A DNA stretch of 64,000 nucleotides. It comes from an uncultured Clostridia bacterium (lineage in GTDB: Bacteria; Bacillota; Clostridia; TANB77; CAG-508). The number at the start of each line of letters is the position of its first letter. Within the stretch, counting starts at the first letter, position 1. The translations under genes and the position numbers were made by a program. Location of the stretch: assembly GCA_947594065.1 (NCBI GenBank), contig CANQDX010000001.1:4100-68099 (forward strand), read 5' to 3'. Positions 50,512 to 60,721 of the stretch are shown one piece after another. The notes beneath the pieces are model-generated. The model was not told where the DNA came from, did no database searches, and saw only the letters and a list, made by a program, of their open reading frames with translations.

Positions 50512-51432
50512 ATGGAAGAAAAAAGTTTTGAAGAATTATATAATGAATCATTAAATGAAAAAAGATTTGATAAAACAGTTACAGGAACTGTAATTGGTGT
50601 TTCATCTAAAGGAGAAATTTTTGTTGATTTTGGGTATAAGGCAGATGGAATTATTCCTAAAAGCGAATATTCAGATGATGAAAATAAAAATCCTAAAGAT
50701 GAATTCAAAGAAGGAGATAATATTAGCGCAGATGTTCTAAAATGGAATGATGGTTTAGGAAATGTGCTTTTATCTTACAAAAAATATAAAAGAAGAGAAG
50801 ATGCCAAAAAAGAAAAGGAATTAAGAATAAAGCAAGCGGAAGAAAGAGAAAAGCAAAAACAGGAAAAAGCTAAAAATATAGAAGAATTTTGGAACAATAT
50901 AGCCGTAGGAGCAAGTTATACTGGAGTTATTTCAAAAATAACAGAATATGGTCTATTTATAGACTTAGGTTATGTTAAAGGTTTATTACATATATCTGAA
51001 ATTTTATGGGATAAAAATGAAAAACTAGATGATAAATTTCAAGTTGGTGATGAAATTGAAGTTACTGTTAAGTCATTTGATAAACAAGAAGGAAAAATTA
51101 GTTTATCTTATCCATTAAAAGGCGAAAATCCTTGGTTTACTTTAATTCAAAAATATAAAGTGAATGATGTCGTAACTTGTAAAGTCGTTAAATTTGCACC
51201 ATTTGGAGCCTTTGTAGAAATTGAAAAAGGCTTAGAAGGATTGGTTCATAATTCTGAAATTACAGGACTAAAAAGGGTAGTTAAACCAGAGGATGAGTTA
51301 CAACTTGGACAGATGGTGAATGCTAAAATTATCAATATTAATAAAGAAAATTGCAAAATAGGATTATCTATAAAAGAATTAGAAGGCACATCACAAGAAT
51401 ATGGGTACAATGATTATGTTAAAGGAGAATAA
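50512..51432 (+). CDS. S1 RNA-binding domain protein (short ribosomal protein S1 homolog with three S1 domains)
   Basis: Three S1-like domains (GTVIGVSSKGEIFVDFG; YTGVISKITEYGLFIDLG; VTCKVVKFAPFGAFVEI) and a K/E-rich linker. Confidence 0.7.
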   Translation: MEEKSFEELYNESLNEKRFDKTVTGTVIGVSSKGEIFVDFGYKADGIIPKSEYSDDENKNPKDEFKEGDNISADVLKWNDGLGNVLLSYKKYKRREDAKKEKELRIKQAEEREKQKQEKAKNIEEFWNNIAVGASYTGVISKITEYGLFIDLGYVKGLLHISEILWDKNEKLDDKFQVGDEIEVTVKSFDKQEGKISLSYPLKGENPWFTLIQKYKVNDVVTCKVVKFAPFGAFVEIEKGLEGLVHNSEITGLKRVVKPEDELQLGQMVNAKIININKENCKIGLSIKELEGTSQEYGYNDYVKGE

Positions 51433-51461
51433 TTGTACTTAAGAAAGGAAAGATAGTAAAA

Positions 51462-53282
51462 ATGAATAACAAAAACATAAGAAATATAGCTATTATTGCA
51501 CACGTAGATCACGGAAAAACAACATTGGTAGATGCATTATTAAAACAAAGTCACGTTTTTAGAGATAATGAAGTAGTGCAAGAAAGAGTAATGGATTCAA
51601 ACGATTTGGAAAAAGAAAGAGGAATTACAATACTTGCTAAAAATACCTCTGTACAATACAAGGATGTAAAAATAAATATTGTTGATACACCAGGACACGC
51701 AGACTTTGGTGGAGAAGTAGAAAGAGTATTAAAAACTGTTGATGGTGTGTTGTTATTAGTAGATGCCTTTGAGGGTGCAATGCCACAAACTAGAGAAGTT
51801 TTAAAGAAATCATTAGCATTAGATTTAAAACCAATAGTTGTTATTAATAAAATTGATAGACCTGGTGCAAATCCTGAAAAAGTTGTAGATGAAGTAATAG
51901 AACTTTTCATTGAATTAAACGCAACAGATGAACAATTAGATTTTCCTGTTGTTTACACTTCTGCAAAATTGGGAATTGCTAAAATGAATTTATCAGATGA
52001 AACAACAGATATGAATTCTTTATTTGAGACGATTGTAAATACAATTGAACCACCAATTTGTGATGAAGATGGTACAACACAAATGCTAATTTCTAACATA
52101 GATTATGATGATTATGTTGGTAGAATTGCAGTTGGTAGATTAGAACGTGGAAAAATTAAACCGGGTATGAATGTTGTTGTATGCAAGAAGGATGACAAAA
52201 TTATTAATGGAAAGGTTGCAAAAGTATATACACATCAAGGATTAAAGAAAGTTGAAGTTGAGGAAGCAAAAGCTGGCGATATTATAGAACTTTCTGGAAT
52301 CGCAGATATTAATATAGGTGATACAATATGTGATCCAGCAAATCCAGAAAAAATACCATTCGTAGATATAGATGAACCAACAGTTTCTATGACATTTAGT
52401 GTAAACGACGGACCTTTTGCTGGACGTGAAGGTGAGTTTGTTACATCTAGACATTTAAGAGATAGACTATTTAAAGAACTAGAAAAGAATGTAAGCTTGA
52501 GAGTAAAAGAAACAGATAGGGCAGAAGCTTTCGAAGTTTCTGGACGTGGAGAATTACATTTATCTATATTAATTGAAACAATGAGAAGAGAAGGTTTTGA
52601 GCTATTAGTATCTCGTCCAAAAGTTATTATTAAAGAAATTGATGGAAAAAAATGTGAACCTATTGAAAGATTGGTAGTTAATGTTCCAGATGATTGCATA
52701 GGAAATGTAATAGAAAAATTAGGTAAAAGAAAAGCAGAGATGCTTAATATGGAACCAGCAGAAGATGGACATACCAAAGTAGAATTTAAAATACCAGCAA
52801 GAGGATTAATTGGTTATAGAACAGAATTTTTAACAGATACAAAAGGTGAAGGAACAATGAATCATATTTTTGATTCGTATGAAGAATATAAAGGAGATAT
52901 TCAATCTAGAACAAGAGGAACAATCGTAGCTTGGGAAGCTGGAACATCAATCACTTATGGTTTATACAATGCACAAGATAAAGGAGAATTATTTATTGGA
53001 CCAGGTGTAGAAGTATATGAAGGTATGATTGTTGGAATAAATTCAAGAGGAGAAGATTTAGCTATTAATGTGTGCAAGGAAAAACACCTTACTAACACAA
53101 GAGCATCTGGTTCTGATGATGCATTAAGGCTTGTTCCACCGCTTCAAATGTCACTAGAAAAAGCAATTGAATTTATACAAGATGACGAGTTAGTTGAAGT
53201 AACACCTAAAAATATTAGATTAAGAAAGAAAATTTTAGATACAAAAACAAGAGAACGTGAGGCAAGAAGAGCAAAGGAATAA
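51462..53282 (+). CDS. typA: translational GTPase TypA/BipA
   Basis: IAIIAHVDHGKTTLVD, DTPGHADFGGEVER, NKIDR. 606 aa. Confidence 0.95.
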   Translation: MNNKNIRNIAIIAHVDHGKTTLVDALLKQSHVFRDNEVVQERVMDSNDLEKERGITILAKNTSVQYKDVKINIVDTPGHADFGGEVERVLKTVDGVLLLVDAFEGAMPQTREVLKKSLALDLKPIVVINKIDRPGANPEKVVDEVIELFIELNATDEQLDFPVVYTSAKLGIAKMNLSDETTDMNSLFETIVNTIEPPICDEDGTTQMLISNIDYDDYVGRIAVGRLERGKIKPGMNVVVCKKDDKIINGKVAKVYTHQGLKKVEVEEAKAGDIIELSGIADINIGDTICDPANPEKIPFVDIDEPTVSMTFSVNDGPFAGREGEFVTSRHLRDRLFKELEKNVSLRVKETDRAEAFEVSGRGELHLSILIETMRREGFELLVSRPKVIIKEIDGKKCEPIERLVVNVPDDCIGNVIEKLGKRKAEMLNMEPAEDGHTKVEFKIPARGLIGYRTEFLTDTKGEGTMNHIFDSYEEYKGDIQSRTRGTIVAWEAGTSITYGLYNAQDKGELFIGPGVEVYEGMIVGINSRGEDLAINVCKEKHLTNTRASGSDDALRLVPPLQMSLEKAIEFIQDDELVEVTPKNIRLRKKILDTKTREREARRAKE

Positions 53283-53310
53283 TATTGAAATAGGTTTGAT
53301 TGAGGATAAA

Positions 53311-53898
53311 ATGGAAGAAGAATTAAAAAATGTAAAAGAAAAAGCATTACAAGATCATATACCGATTATAATGGATGATACTTTAGCGTATATATATAAA
53401 TTTTTTGAAAAACAAAAAGTTCATTCTATATTAGAAATTGGAACAGCTGTTGGCTATTCTGCAATATGTTTTACCAAAATTTTAAATGAAGATGGATTTA
53501 TTGATACAATTGAAAGAGACACACAAAGAATTGAAGAAGCAAAATTGAATTTTGAAAAAACAAATGTGGTAAAGAAAATTAAAATATATGAAGGTGATGC
53601 TGTTGAAATTTTACCAACGATTCATAAACAATATGATATGATATTTATAGATGCAGCAAAAGGAAAATACCCATTCTTTTTAAATGAAGCATTAAGACTT
53701 ATTAAAGAAAATGGGGTAATTTTTGCAGATAATATTTTATATAAGGGCTATGTATTAAGCGATTATAATAAACATAAGCAAAGAACAGCAGTTAGAAATT
53801 TAAGAGAATATATAAAATTAGTATCTGAAAATCCTAAATTAGAAACAAAAATATTAGAAATAGGAGATGGATTAGCAGTCTCTAAAATAAGACATTAG
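53311..53898 (+). CDS. class I SAM-dependent O-methyltransferase (family 3; TrmR/YrrM-like)
   Basis: SAM motif ILEIGTAVGYSA. Acidic residues IFIDAAKGKY and FADN. Start chosen at the ATG with a GAGGA ribosome-binding site. Confidence 0.7.
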   Translation: MEEELKNVKEKALQDHIPIIMDDTLAYIYKFFEKQKVHSILEIGTAVGYSAICFTKILNEDGFIDTIERDTQRIEEAKLNFEKTNVVKKIKIYEGDAVEILPTIHKQYDMIFIDAAKGKYPFFLNEALRLIKENGVIFADNILYKGYVLSDYNKHKQRTAVRNLREYIKLVSENPKLETKILEIGDGLAVSKIRH

Positions 53899-53913
53899 TA
53901 AATAACTAATGTC

Positions 53914-54648
53914 TTATCTTTTTATACTCAAATCACCGAAATATGCCCTTAATGCTTCATAATCACTCTTATACTTTCTAAAACTTTCTTTGCTAGGTAG
54001 TTCGTAAGTTTTACCGCTTGTGCCGATTTCAAGAAATACAGGGCAAAGCTCTTCTTTTAATGTTTCACTTGGTTTATAAGATAGCATATGACTTGCTGTA
54101 CCAAACTTTTGGAACTCTTCCATTCTAAATGTTCTAAGTTGTATTTCTGAACAATATACAGGAAGTTCTTGAGAAAAATGTTCTCTTAATAAATGGATTG
54201 CTTGGTAACCATTCTTTTTAGGTGTTTTTATATAATCCTTGCATTTTTCGGTAAACAGTTTTAAATTTCCGTTATAGTTTGCTAAAAAATTAGCCATTTG
54301 ATAGCAAGCATTTATTAAATCTTGCTCATCTGTTGTTTCATTTGTGGAATATATAATAATCTTTTTTGCAAATATATCATATACATTACCTGTTTTGCCT
54401 TGACTTATTTTTCTATTTATTTTTTCTTCTAAACTATTTTGATTTTTAATTCTACCTTCATAAGAAAAATCAACATTTGGAAATTGACTTTTAAGAATAC
54501 GATATTCATCTGAAAAATGTTGTTTATAATCTTCTTTTAATTCTGAATTATAGTACATTAATAATCTTTTTTTAATTTGTGCAATTCTTTCTACAGTTGT
54601 TGAGGGGTTGTATTGTAGCTTTTCTTTAAAAGCATTGTTAGTTGTCAT
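53914..54648 (-). CDS. small alarmone synthetase (RelA/SpoT synthetase-domain protein, RelQ/RelP-like)
   Basis: EGRIKNQNSLEEKINRK (GRxKxxxSxxEKxxRK), KDYIKTPKKNGYQAIHLL, EIQLRTFRMEEF...SYK. Confidence 0.75.
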   Translation of the reverse strand: MTTNNAFKEKLQYNPSTTVERIAQIKKRLLMYYNSELKEDYKQHFSDEYRILKSQFPNVDFSYEGRIKNQNSLEEKINRKISQGKTGNVYDIFAKKIIIYSTNETTDEQDLINACYQMANFLANYNGNLKLFTEKCKDYIKTPKKNGYQAIHLLREHFSQELPVYCSEIQLRTFRMEEFQKFGTASHMLSYKPSETLKEELCPVFLEIGTSGKTYELPSKESFRKYKSDYEALRAYFGDLSIKR

Positions 54649-54792
54649 TTAAAACATCACTCCTTAAATCACCAACTAATTAATTATACCATAGAATTTA
54701 GAAAAAAGCTAGCCTTTTTGAGCAATTAGTGATATAATTTCATTGTCATATTATGATAAAATAAATTAAAATGAAAGGAAATATGATTAATT

Positions 54793-56022
54793 ATGAATAA
54801 AGTCGAACTTTTAGCGCCTGCAGGTTCATTTGAAAAGGCAAAAATTGCTTTTTTATATGGTGCAGATAGCGTATATATGGGAACAGCATCTTTATCTTTA
54901 AGAAGCAGAGTTTCTGTAGATGATAATGAATTGGAAAAAACAATAGAATATGCACATAAAATTGGAAAAAAAGTGTATGCAGCTGTTAATATTTATGCTT
55001 GGGATGATAAATATGAAGAGATTATAAAACAAGCAAAACGCCTAAGTGAAATAAAAGTAGATGGCGTGATTATATCAGATGGTGGTGTTGTAGAAATTTT
55101 CAAACAATATGCACCTAATATTCCTATTCATATTAGTACACAAGCAAATGTTATTAGTTCTCATAATGCAAATTTTTGGTGCCATAATGGAGCAAAAAGA
55201 GTTATTTTAGGAAGAGAATTAAATAAAGAACAAATAAAAGAAATAATTAAAAATACGCCAGATGACTTTGAAGTAGAAATTTTTATTCACGGAGCAATTT
55301 GTTTTAGTTATTCTGGAAGATGTTTTTTAAGTGACTTTTTAGCATCTAGAAGCGCTAATCTTGGAGATTGTGCACAAAGTTGTAGATGGGCATATAATGT
55401 ATATGTTGAAGAAAAAAATAATCCTGGTAATTTAATGCCTATTGAAGATGATGAACACGGAACATATATTTTTTCTTCAAAGGATTTGTGTTTAATTAAA
55501 GAAATACCAGAAATTATTGAAATGGGTGTAAATAGTTTAAAAATAGAAGGAAGGCTTAAAACAGAATATTATTTGGCATCTGTTATTAATGCTTATAGAG
55601 TTGCAATCGACGATTATTATAACAATCCACAAGAATATGATTATTCAAAATATTTGAAAGAATTAGAGAAAACGAAGACAAGAGGCTTAACTACTTTTTA
55701 TTTCAATGACAGAAACAATAAAGATTTCCAAGAATATGAAGGAAAACAATATAATTTAGAATATGAATTTGGTGGTAAAGTAGTAGAATATAATAGCGAA
55801 AAGTCTTTAATAGAAATAAGAAATAAATTAAGTGTGGGCGACACGTTAGAAATACTAATTCCAGGCTCAATAGATAATTATGTTTTTACAATAGAAGAGC
55901 TTTGGGATTCAGAAACAGAAGAAAGCATAACTTGTATTAATCCTGGAAAGTTAGGACAAACAGTAAAAATGCATTTACCAATAAAATGTGAAAAAGATTG
56001 GATTATACGAAGAAAAAAATAA
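54793..56022 (+). CDS. peptidase U32 family protein (collagenase-like PrtC/YrrN/YrrO type)
   Basis: MNKVELLAPAGSFEKAKIAFLYGADSVYMG N-terminus and conserved Cys residues (CFSYSGRC). 409 aa. Confidence 0.85.
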   Translation: MNKVELLAPAGSFEKAKIAFLYGADSVYMGTASLSLRSRVSVDDNELEKTIEYAHKIGKKVYAAVNIYAWDDKYEEIIKQAKRLSEIKVDGVIISDGGVVEIFKQYAPNIPIHISTQANVISSHNANFWCHNGAKRVILGRELNKEQIKEIIKNTPDDFEVEIFIHGAICFSYSGRCFLSDFLASRSANLGDCAQSCRWAYNVYVEEKNNPGNLMPIEDDEHGTYIFSSKDLCLIKEIPEIIEMGVNSLKIEGRLKTEYYLASVINAYRVAIDDYYNNPQEYDYSKYLKELEKTKTRGLTTFYFNDRNNKDFQEYEGKQYNLEYEFGGKVVEYNSEKSLIEIRNKLSVGDTLEILIPGSIDNYVFTIEELWDSETEESITCINPGKLGQTVKMHLPIKCEKDWIIRRKK

Positions 56023-56030
56023 ATTATAGT

Positions 56031-56864
56031 TTATTTGATGGATTTTCCAATAATAAATCCTATAATTAAAAGCATTATTCCAATTATACTTTCTAGGTTA
56101 AAAGAATAGGTAGGGTAAAGAATTAACAAACTTCCTAAACTAAAACCAATAATACCAAACATAGTTTGAGAATGAAACTTAGAAAGTAAAAATTGAATAA
56201 TTTTCATAAAAATAAGCGAACCAATAGCACATCCAATCATAATTGGAAAAAGAATATTCATATTAACCACAGCAATTGCACTTAAATAAGTGCTGTAAAC
56301 TCCAAAAAGCATTAAAATAACTGTACTACTAACACCTGGCACAACAATACCAATACTCATAAAAAAACCACATATTATTAAAAAAAACGTGCTAAATTCA
56401 TTTGGGGTATATTGAGTAGAAATGTGAAATATGTTTTCAATATAAATTAATGCTAATCCAGTTATAAAACAAATAAAAAATGAAAAATATTCAGAAAGCC
56501 TATTATGGCTTTCTTTTATATTTTCTTTTGCAAGAACAGATATACTTCCTAGAAGTAATCCAATAAATAAAGATTTAGTTTGATATGGAATTTTATTAAA
56601 ACAATAGGAAATAACTGTACTAAATATAATTACTCCTAAAAATCCGCCGACTGCTATAGGAAATAAAAATTTAAAGTTTTCTTTTATATTTTTAAAAAAA
56701 TTTAGAATACAATTAATTAACTTTTCATAAAGACCAAATATAATACAAATCACACCACTGCTAATGCCAGGAAGTATTGCACCAGCACCAATTAATATAC
56801 CTTTTAAGAAATTCAAAATAATCACCATATAAAGTATATTTCTATCAATAAGAAATAATGTCAT
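56031..56864 (-). CDS. DUF368 family membrane protein
   Basis: Two internal repeats with PG(I/V)S(S/R)(G/T) motifs (ILPGISSGVIC and VVPGVSSTVIL). About 8 TM helices. Confidence 0.6.
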   Translation of the reverse strand: MTLFLIDRNILYMVIILNFLKGILIGAGAILPGISSGVICIIFGLYEKLINCILNFFKNIKENFKFLFPIAVGGFLGVIIFSTVISYCFNKIPYQTKSLFIGLLLGSISVLAKENIKESHNRLSEYFSFFICFITGLALIYIENIFHISTQYTPNEFSTFFLIICGFFMSIGIVVPGVSSTVILMLFGVYSTYLSAIAVVNMNILFPIMIGCAIGSLIFMKIIQFLLSKFHSQTMFGIIGFSLGSLLILYPTYSFNLESIIGIMLLIIGFIIGKSIK

Positions 56865-56904
56865 AAACAGATAATTAAACTTATATCTTCCTGATTAATA
56901 AGGT

Positions 56905-57549
56905 CTATTGACTTAACAATGTAAATCTATTTTTATCTAATTTTTTAATAAAACCATCTTCTTTTAAAATTTTAATTTCACGCATCATAGCACTTCTATC
57001 AATACTTAGATAATCTGCTAAATCTGTAAGTGAAAAGGGTAGTGTAAATGTTTTGCTGAAATTATTTTCAGATAAAATTTTAAAATAAGAAAGTATTTTA
57101 TCACGAATAGTTTTTTTAGAAAGTAATTCTATTCGTATGTTTAGGTCAGAGACCTTTGTCAATACCAAGTTAGGAAGTCCTACTAATAATTGTTCGTGAA
57201 AATTGCAATTCTTTTTACATCTTTTTTCAAATATATCATAATTAAACATCAATATTTTTGACTTTTCTCTTGCTTTTACAAATAATTCGTTATTAATATT
57301 AATTCTGTAAAAAATTTCACCAAAAACATCAAATTTGTTAAATCTTTCAACTACCATTTGATTTCCATTAAAATCATATCTTATTAAATCGCTACTTCCT
57401 TCTAATACAATAAAAAGCATATTTCTATTTACAATATATGTTGTAATTATTTCGTTTTTTTCAAACTCTTTTATTTGTACTTTATCGCAGTAATTAATAA
57501 GATTATTTGCAAAATCTTCGATATTAAAAAAATTTTTCAATTTTATCAC
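56905..57549 (-). CDS. Crp/Fnr family transcriptional regulator
   Basis: N-terminal cNMP-binding-like beta-barrel. C-terminal HTH LPFSLTDLADYLSIDRSAMMREIKILKEDGFI. Confidence 0.8.
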   Translation of the reverse strand: MIKLKNFFNIEDFANNLINYCDKVQIKEFEKNEIITTYIVNRNMLFIVLEGSSDLIRYDFNGNQMVVERFNKFDVFGEIFYRININNELFVKAREKSKILMFNYDIFEKRCKKNCNFHEQLLVGLPNLVLTKVSDLNIRIELLSKKTIRDKILSYFKILSENNFSKTFTLPFSLTDLADYLSIDRSAMMREIKILKEDGFIKKLDKNRFTLLSQ

Positions 57550-57584
57550 CTAAATTTATTTATTTTTGAAATTATTATACAACA

Positions 57585-57608
57585 TTCTTGTTGCATTTGC
57601 AACAAGAA
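57585..57608. promoter_or_regulatory. perfect inverted repeat (candidate operator) in the crp-nrdD intergenic region
   Basis: TTCTTGTTGC attt GCAACAAGAA: 10-bp arms, about 36 nt upstream of the crp start on the minus strand. Confidence 0.35.
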
Positions 57609-57794
57609 TACATAAAAAATAAAAATTACTTTATTTACCATTTAGTTTAAAAGCTTGAAAAATATGATTTTCTTGAAATGTTACACGTTTGTAAAAAATG
57701 AATTTTATTTGTAAAGAAAATGTAATAATGCTTAGAGATGGCATTAAACAAAGAATCTAAAAGAGTTTTTTTGGCAAGAATTATATTTTTTAAA

Positions 57795-57827
57795 AAAAGT
57801 TGCAACTGCAACTTTTTTTATTTTATT
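57795..57827 (+). terminator. terminator-like hairpin about 45 nt upstream of nrdD (possible attenuator, or 3' end of a short leader transcript)
   Basis: AAAAAAAGTTGCA ac TGCAACTTTTTTT: 8-bp stem with an A-run and a T-run. It shares the GTTGCA/TGCAAC core with the inverted repeat at 57585. Confidence 0.4.
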
Positions 57828-57873
57828 TATATAATATAATACAATTAATAAAAAATAAGGGGAGGATAAAGTA

Positions 57874-60000
57874 ATGAAAGTAATTAAAAGAGATGGAAGA
57901 GCTGTAGATTATGATAGACAAAAAATTTCAATAGCAATCGGAAAAGCAAATAATGAAGTTCCTAAAAAGGAAAGAGCAACTAAAGAAGATATAAAAGGAA
58001 TTATAGAATATATCGAATCTTTAGATAAAAAAAGAATGTTAGTAGAAGATATTCAAGATATCATCGAACAAAAATTAATGGAATTAGGAAAATATGACTT
58101 AGCTAAAAAATATATTGTATACCGTTATACAAGAGCATTAGTAAGAAAACAAAACACAACAGATGAATCTATTCTTGGATTAATTAGAAATGAAAATAAA
58201 GAATTAGAAGAAGAAAATTCTAATAAAAATACTTGCTTAGCTTCAACACAAAGAGATTACATAGCTGGAGAAGTTTCTAGAGACTTAACCAGAAGATTAT
58301 TATTACCAGAAAAAATAACAAAAGCAGATCAAGAAGGAGTATTACACTTCCACGATGCAGATTACTTTATTCAACCTATTTTTAACTGCTGCTTAATTAA
58401 TATTAAAGATATGTTAGATAACGGAACAGTAATGAATGGAAAAATGATTGAATCTCCAAAGAGCTTCCAAGTTGCTTGTACTATTACTACTCAAATTATC
58501 GCTGCTGTAGCAAGTAACCAATATGGTGGTCAATCTGTTGATATGATTCACTTAGGTAAATATGTTAGAATTAGTTACAATAAATTTAAAAAACAACTAG
58601 AAGAAAAATATAAAGGAAAAATATCAGACGAAATTATTGAAGAAATGGTTCAAGATAGATTAAAAGCAGAAGTAAGTGCAGGTGTACAAACAATTCAATA
58701 TCAAATTAATACATTAATGACAACAAATGGACAATCTCCTTTCGTAACTTTATTCTTACATCTAGATCCTAAAGATGAATATATTAAAGAAAATGCAATG
58801 ATTATTGAGGAAATATTAAATCAAAGATATCAAGGAATAAAAAATGAAAAAGGTGTATATGTAACACCAGCATTTCCAAAATTAATCTATGTATTAGATG
58901 AATGCAATAACTTAACAGGTGGAGAATATGATTATCTAACACGTTTAGCTGTTAAATGCTCTGCAAAGAGAATGTATCCAGATTATATTTCTGCTAAAAA
59001 AATGAAAGAAAATTATGAAGGAAATATCTTTAGTCCTATGGGATGCAGAAGTTTCTTATCTCCTTGGAAAGATAAAGATGGAAATTATAAATTTGAAGGA
59101 AGATTCAATCAAGGTGTTGTAAGTATTAACTTACCACAGGTTGGTATTGTAGCAGATGGAGATGAAGATAAATTCTGGAAAGAATTAGATGAAAGACTTG
59201 AACTTTGCAAAGAAGCATTAATGTGTAGACATTATGCATTACTTGGAACAAAATCAGATATAAGTCCTATTCACTGGCAATATGGAGCAATAGCTAGATT
59301 AGATAAAGGTGAAAAAATAGACGAATTATTAAAAGGTGGTTATTCTACTTTATCACTTGGATATATAGGTGTATATGAAACAACAAAATTAATGAAAGGT
59401 GTATCTCATACTACCAAAGAAGGACACGACTTTGCAATTAAATTAATGACTAAATTAAGAGATACAGTAAAAAAATGGAAACAAGAAACTGGCTTAGGAT
59501 TTGCACTTTATGGAACACCTGCAGAGAGCTTATGCTATAAGTTTGCAAGAATTGATAAAGAAAGATTTGGAACAATAGAAGATGTTACAGATAAAGGTTA
59601 CTATACAAACTCTTATCACGTAGATGTTAGAGAAAAAATTGACGCTTTCGAAAAATTAAAATTTGAAAGTGAATTCCAAAACTTATCTACTGGTGGTGCA
59701 ATTTCTTATATTGAAGTACCAAATATGTCAAATAACTTAGATGCATTAGAAACTGTTGTTAAATTTATCTATGATAATATTCAATATGCTGAATTTAACA
59801 CAAAATCTGACTACTGTCACGTATGTGGTTTTGATGGTGAAATTATTATTAATGATAAAAACGAATGGGAATGCCCAAACTGCGGAAATAAAGATCACGC
59901 AAAACTAACAGTTGTTAGACGTACTTGTGGTTACTTAGGAGAAAACTTCTGGAATGTTGGAAAAACAAAAGAAATAAAAGCAAGGGTAACACACTTGTAA
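57874..60000 (+). CDS. nrdD: anaerobic ribonucleoside-triphosphate reductase
   Basis: ATP-cone N-terminus (VIKRDGRAVDYDRQKI). C-terminal Zn ribbon CHVCGFDG...CPNCG and glycyl-radical motif RRTCGYLG. 708 aa. Confidence 0.95.
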   Translation: MKVIKRDGRAVDYDRQKISIAIGKANNEVPKKERATKEDIKGIIEYIESLDKKRMLVEDIQDIIEQKLMELGKYDLAKKYIVYRYTRALVRKQNTTDESILGLIRNENKELEEENSNKNTCLASTQRDYIAGEVSRDLTRRLLLPEKITKADQEGVLHFHDADYFIQPIFNCCLINIKDMLDNGTVMNGKMIESPKSFQVACTITTQIIAAVASNQYGGQSVDMIHLGKYVRISYNKFKKQLEEKYKGKISDEIIEEMVQDRLKAEVSAGVQTIQYQINTLMTTNGQSPFVTLFLHLDPKDEYIKENAMIIEEILNQRYQGIKNEKGVYVTPAFPKLIYVLDECNNLTGGEYDYLTRLAVKCSAKRMYPDYISAKKMKENYEGNIFSPMGCRSFLSPWKDKDGNYKFEGRFNQGVVSINLPQVGIVADGDEDKFWKELDERLELCKEALMCRHYALLGTKSDISPIHWQYGAIARLDKGEKIDELLKGGYSTLSLGYIGVYETTKLMKGVSHTTKEGHDFAIKLMTKLRDTVKKWKQETGLGFALYGTPAESLCYKFARIDKERFGTIEDVTDKGYYTNSYHVDVREKIDAFEKLKFESEFQNLSTGGAISYIEVPNMSNNLDALETVVKFIYDNIQYAEFNTKSDYCHVCGFDGEIIINDKNEWECPNCGNKDHAKLTVVRRTCGYLGENFWNVGKTKEIKARVTHL

Positions 60001-60044
60001 AAATATTCAAAAATCGCTGTACAATTTTAAAATAATCGTATATA

Positions 60045-60608
60045 ATGGCAACAATAGAAAGGAAAGACTGTCAAATGAATTATGCAGATATAAAAGAAAT
60101 AGATATACAAGATGGATTAGGGGTAAGAGTTGGTGTATATGTAAGTGGATGTCACTTCCATTGTAAAGGATGTCATAATAAGGAAGCTTGGGACTTTAAT
60201 TATGGGAAAGAATATAATCAAGAAACAGAAGAACATATTATGAATCTTTTAAATAAAGACTATATAGCAGGGTTATCTTTGTTAGGGGGAGAACCTCTAG
60301 AAAAAACTAACCAACAAGGCTTGTATCCATTAGTAAAAAAAGTAAAAGAAACTTACAAAAATAAAAATATATGGTGCTATACAGGTTATAATTTTGAAAA
60401 AGATATTTTGCCAAAGCTTTTAGAACAAAATTGTGATCCAACATTAAAAGGAACTTTTGAAAATATAGATGTATTAGTTGATGGTGAATTTATAGAAGAA
60501 CAGAAAAGTAAAATGTTGAAATTCAGAGGATCTTCTAATCAAAGAATTATCGATGTTCCAAAAAGTATTTCAGAAAAAAGAGTAGTGCTATACGATAAAG
60601 TTGTATAA
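60045..60608 (+). CDS. nrdG: anaerobic ribonucleotide reductase activating protein (radical SAM)
   Basis: GVRVGVYVSGCHFHCKGCHN (CxxxCxxC-type cluster). 187 aa. Immediately follows nrdD. Confidence 0.9.
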   Translation: MATIERKDCQMNYADIKEIDIQDGLGVRVGVYVSGCHFHCKGCHNKEAWDFNYGKEYNQETEEHIMNLLNKDYIAGLSLLGGEPLEKTNQQGLYPLVKKVKETYKNKNIWCYTGYNFEKDILPKLLEQNCDPTLKGTFENIDVLVDGEFIEEQKSKMLKFRGSSNQRIIDVPKSISEKRVVLYDKVV

Positions 60609-60612
60609 AGCA

Positions 60613-60652
60613 AAAAAGACATTTACAATTTTTAGTAAATGTCTTTTTCTTG
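60613..60652 (+). terminator. rho-independent terminator
   Basis: AAAAAGACATTTACaatttttagGTAAATGTCTTTTTCTTGTTTT. Confidence 0.7.
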
Positions 60653-60721
60653 TTTTATATTCTAAAGAGCATATTTATTTAATTTATTAAATACAATAAA
60701 AAAGAAGAGGTGAGAATATAT

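Noticed and set aside
53914-54648. RelA/SpoT-domain protein as a toxSAS toxin with an adjacent antitoxin.
   Set aside because: No small co-oriented ORF on either side. Both flanking intergenic gaps are occupied by promoters of neighbouring genes. Treated as a housekeeping-type small alarmone synthetase.
54649-54792. GCTAGC-centred A/T-flanked palindrome (aaaaaagctagccttttt) as a terminator or operator between the SAS gene and the U32 gene.
   Set aside because: The stem is only about 6 bp (GCTAGC is self-complementary), too weak to call a terminator. It is probably a coincidental palindrome in a divergent promoter region.
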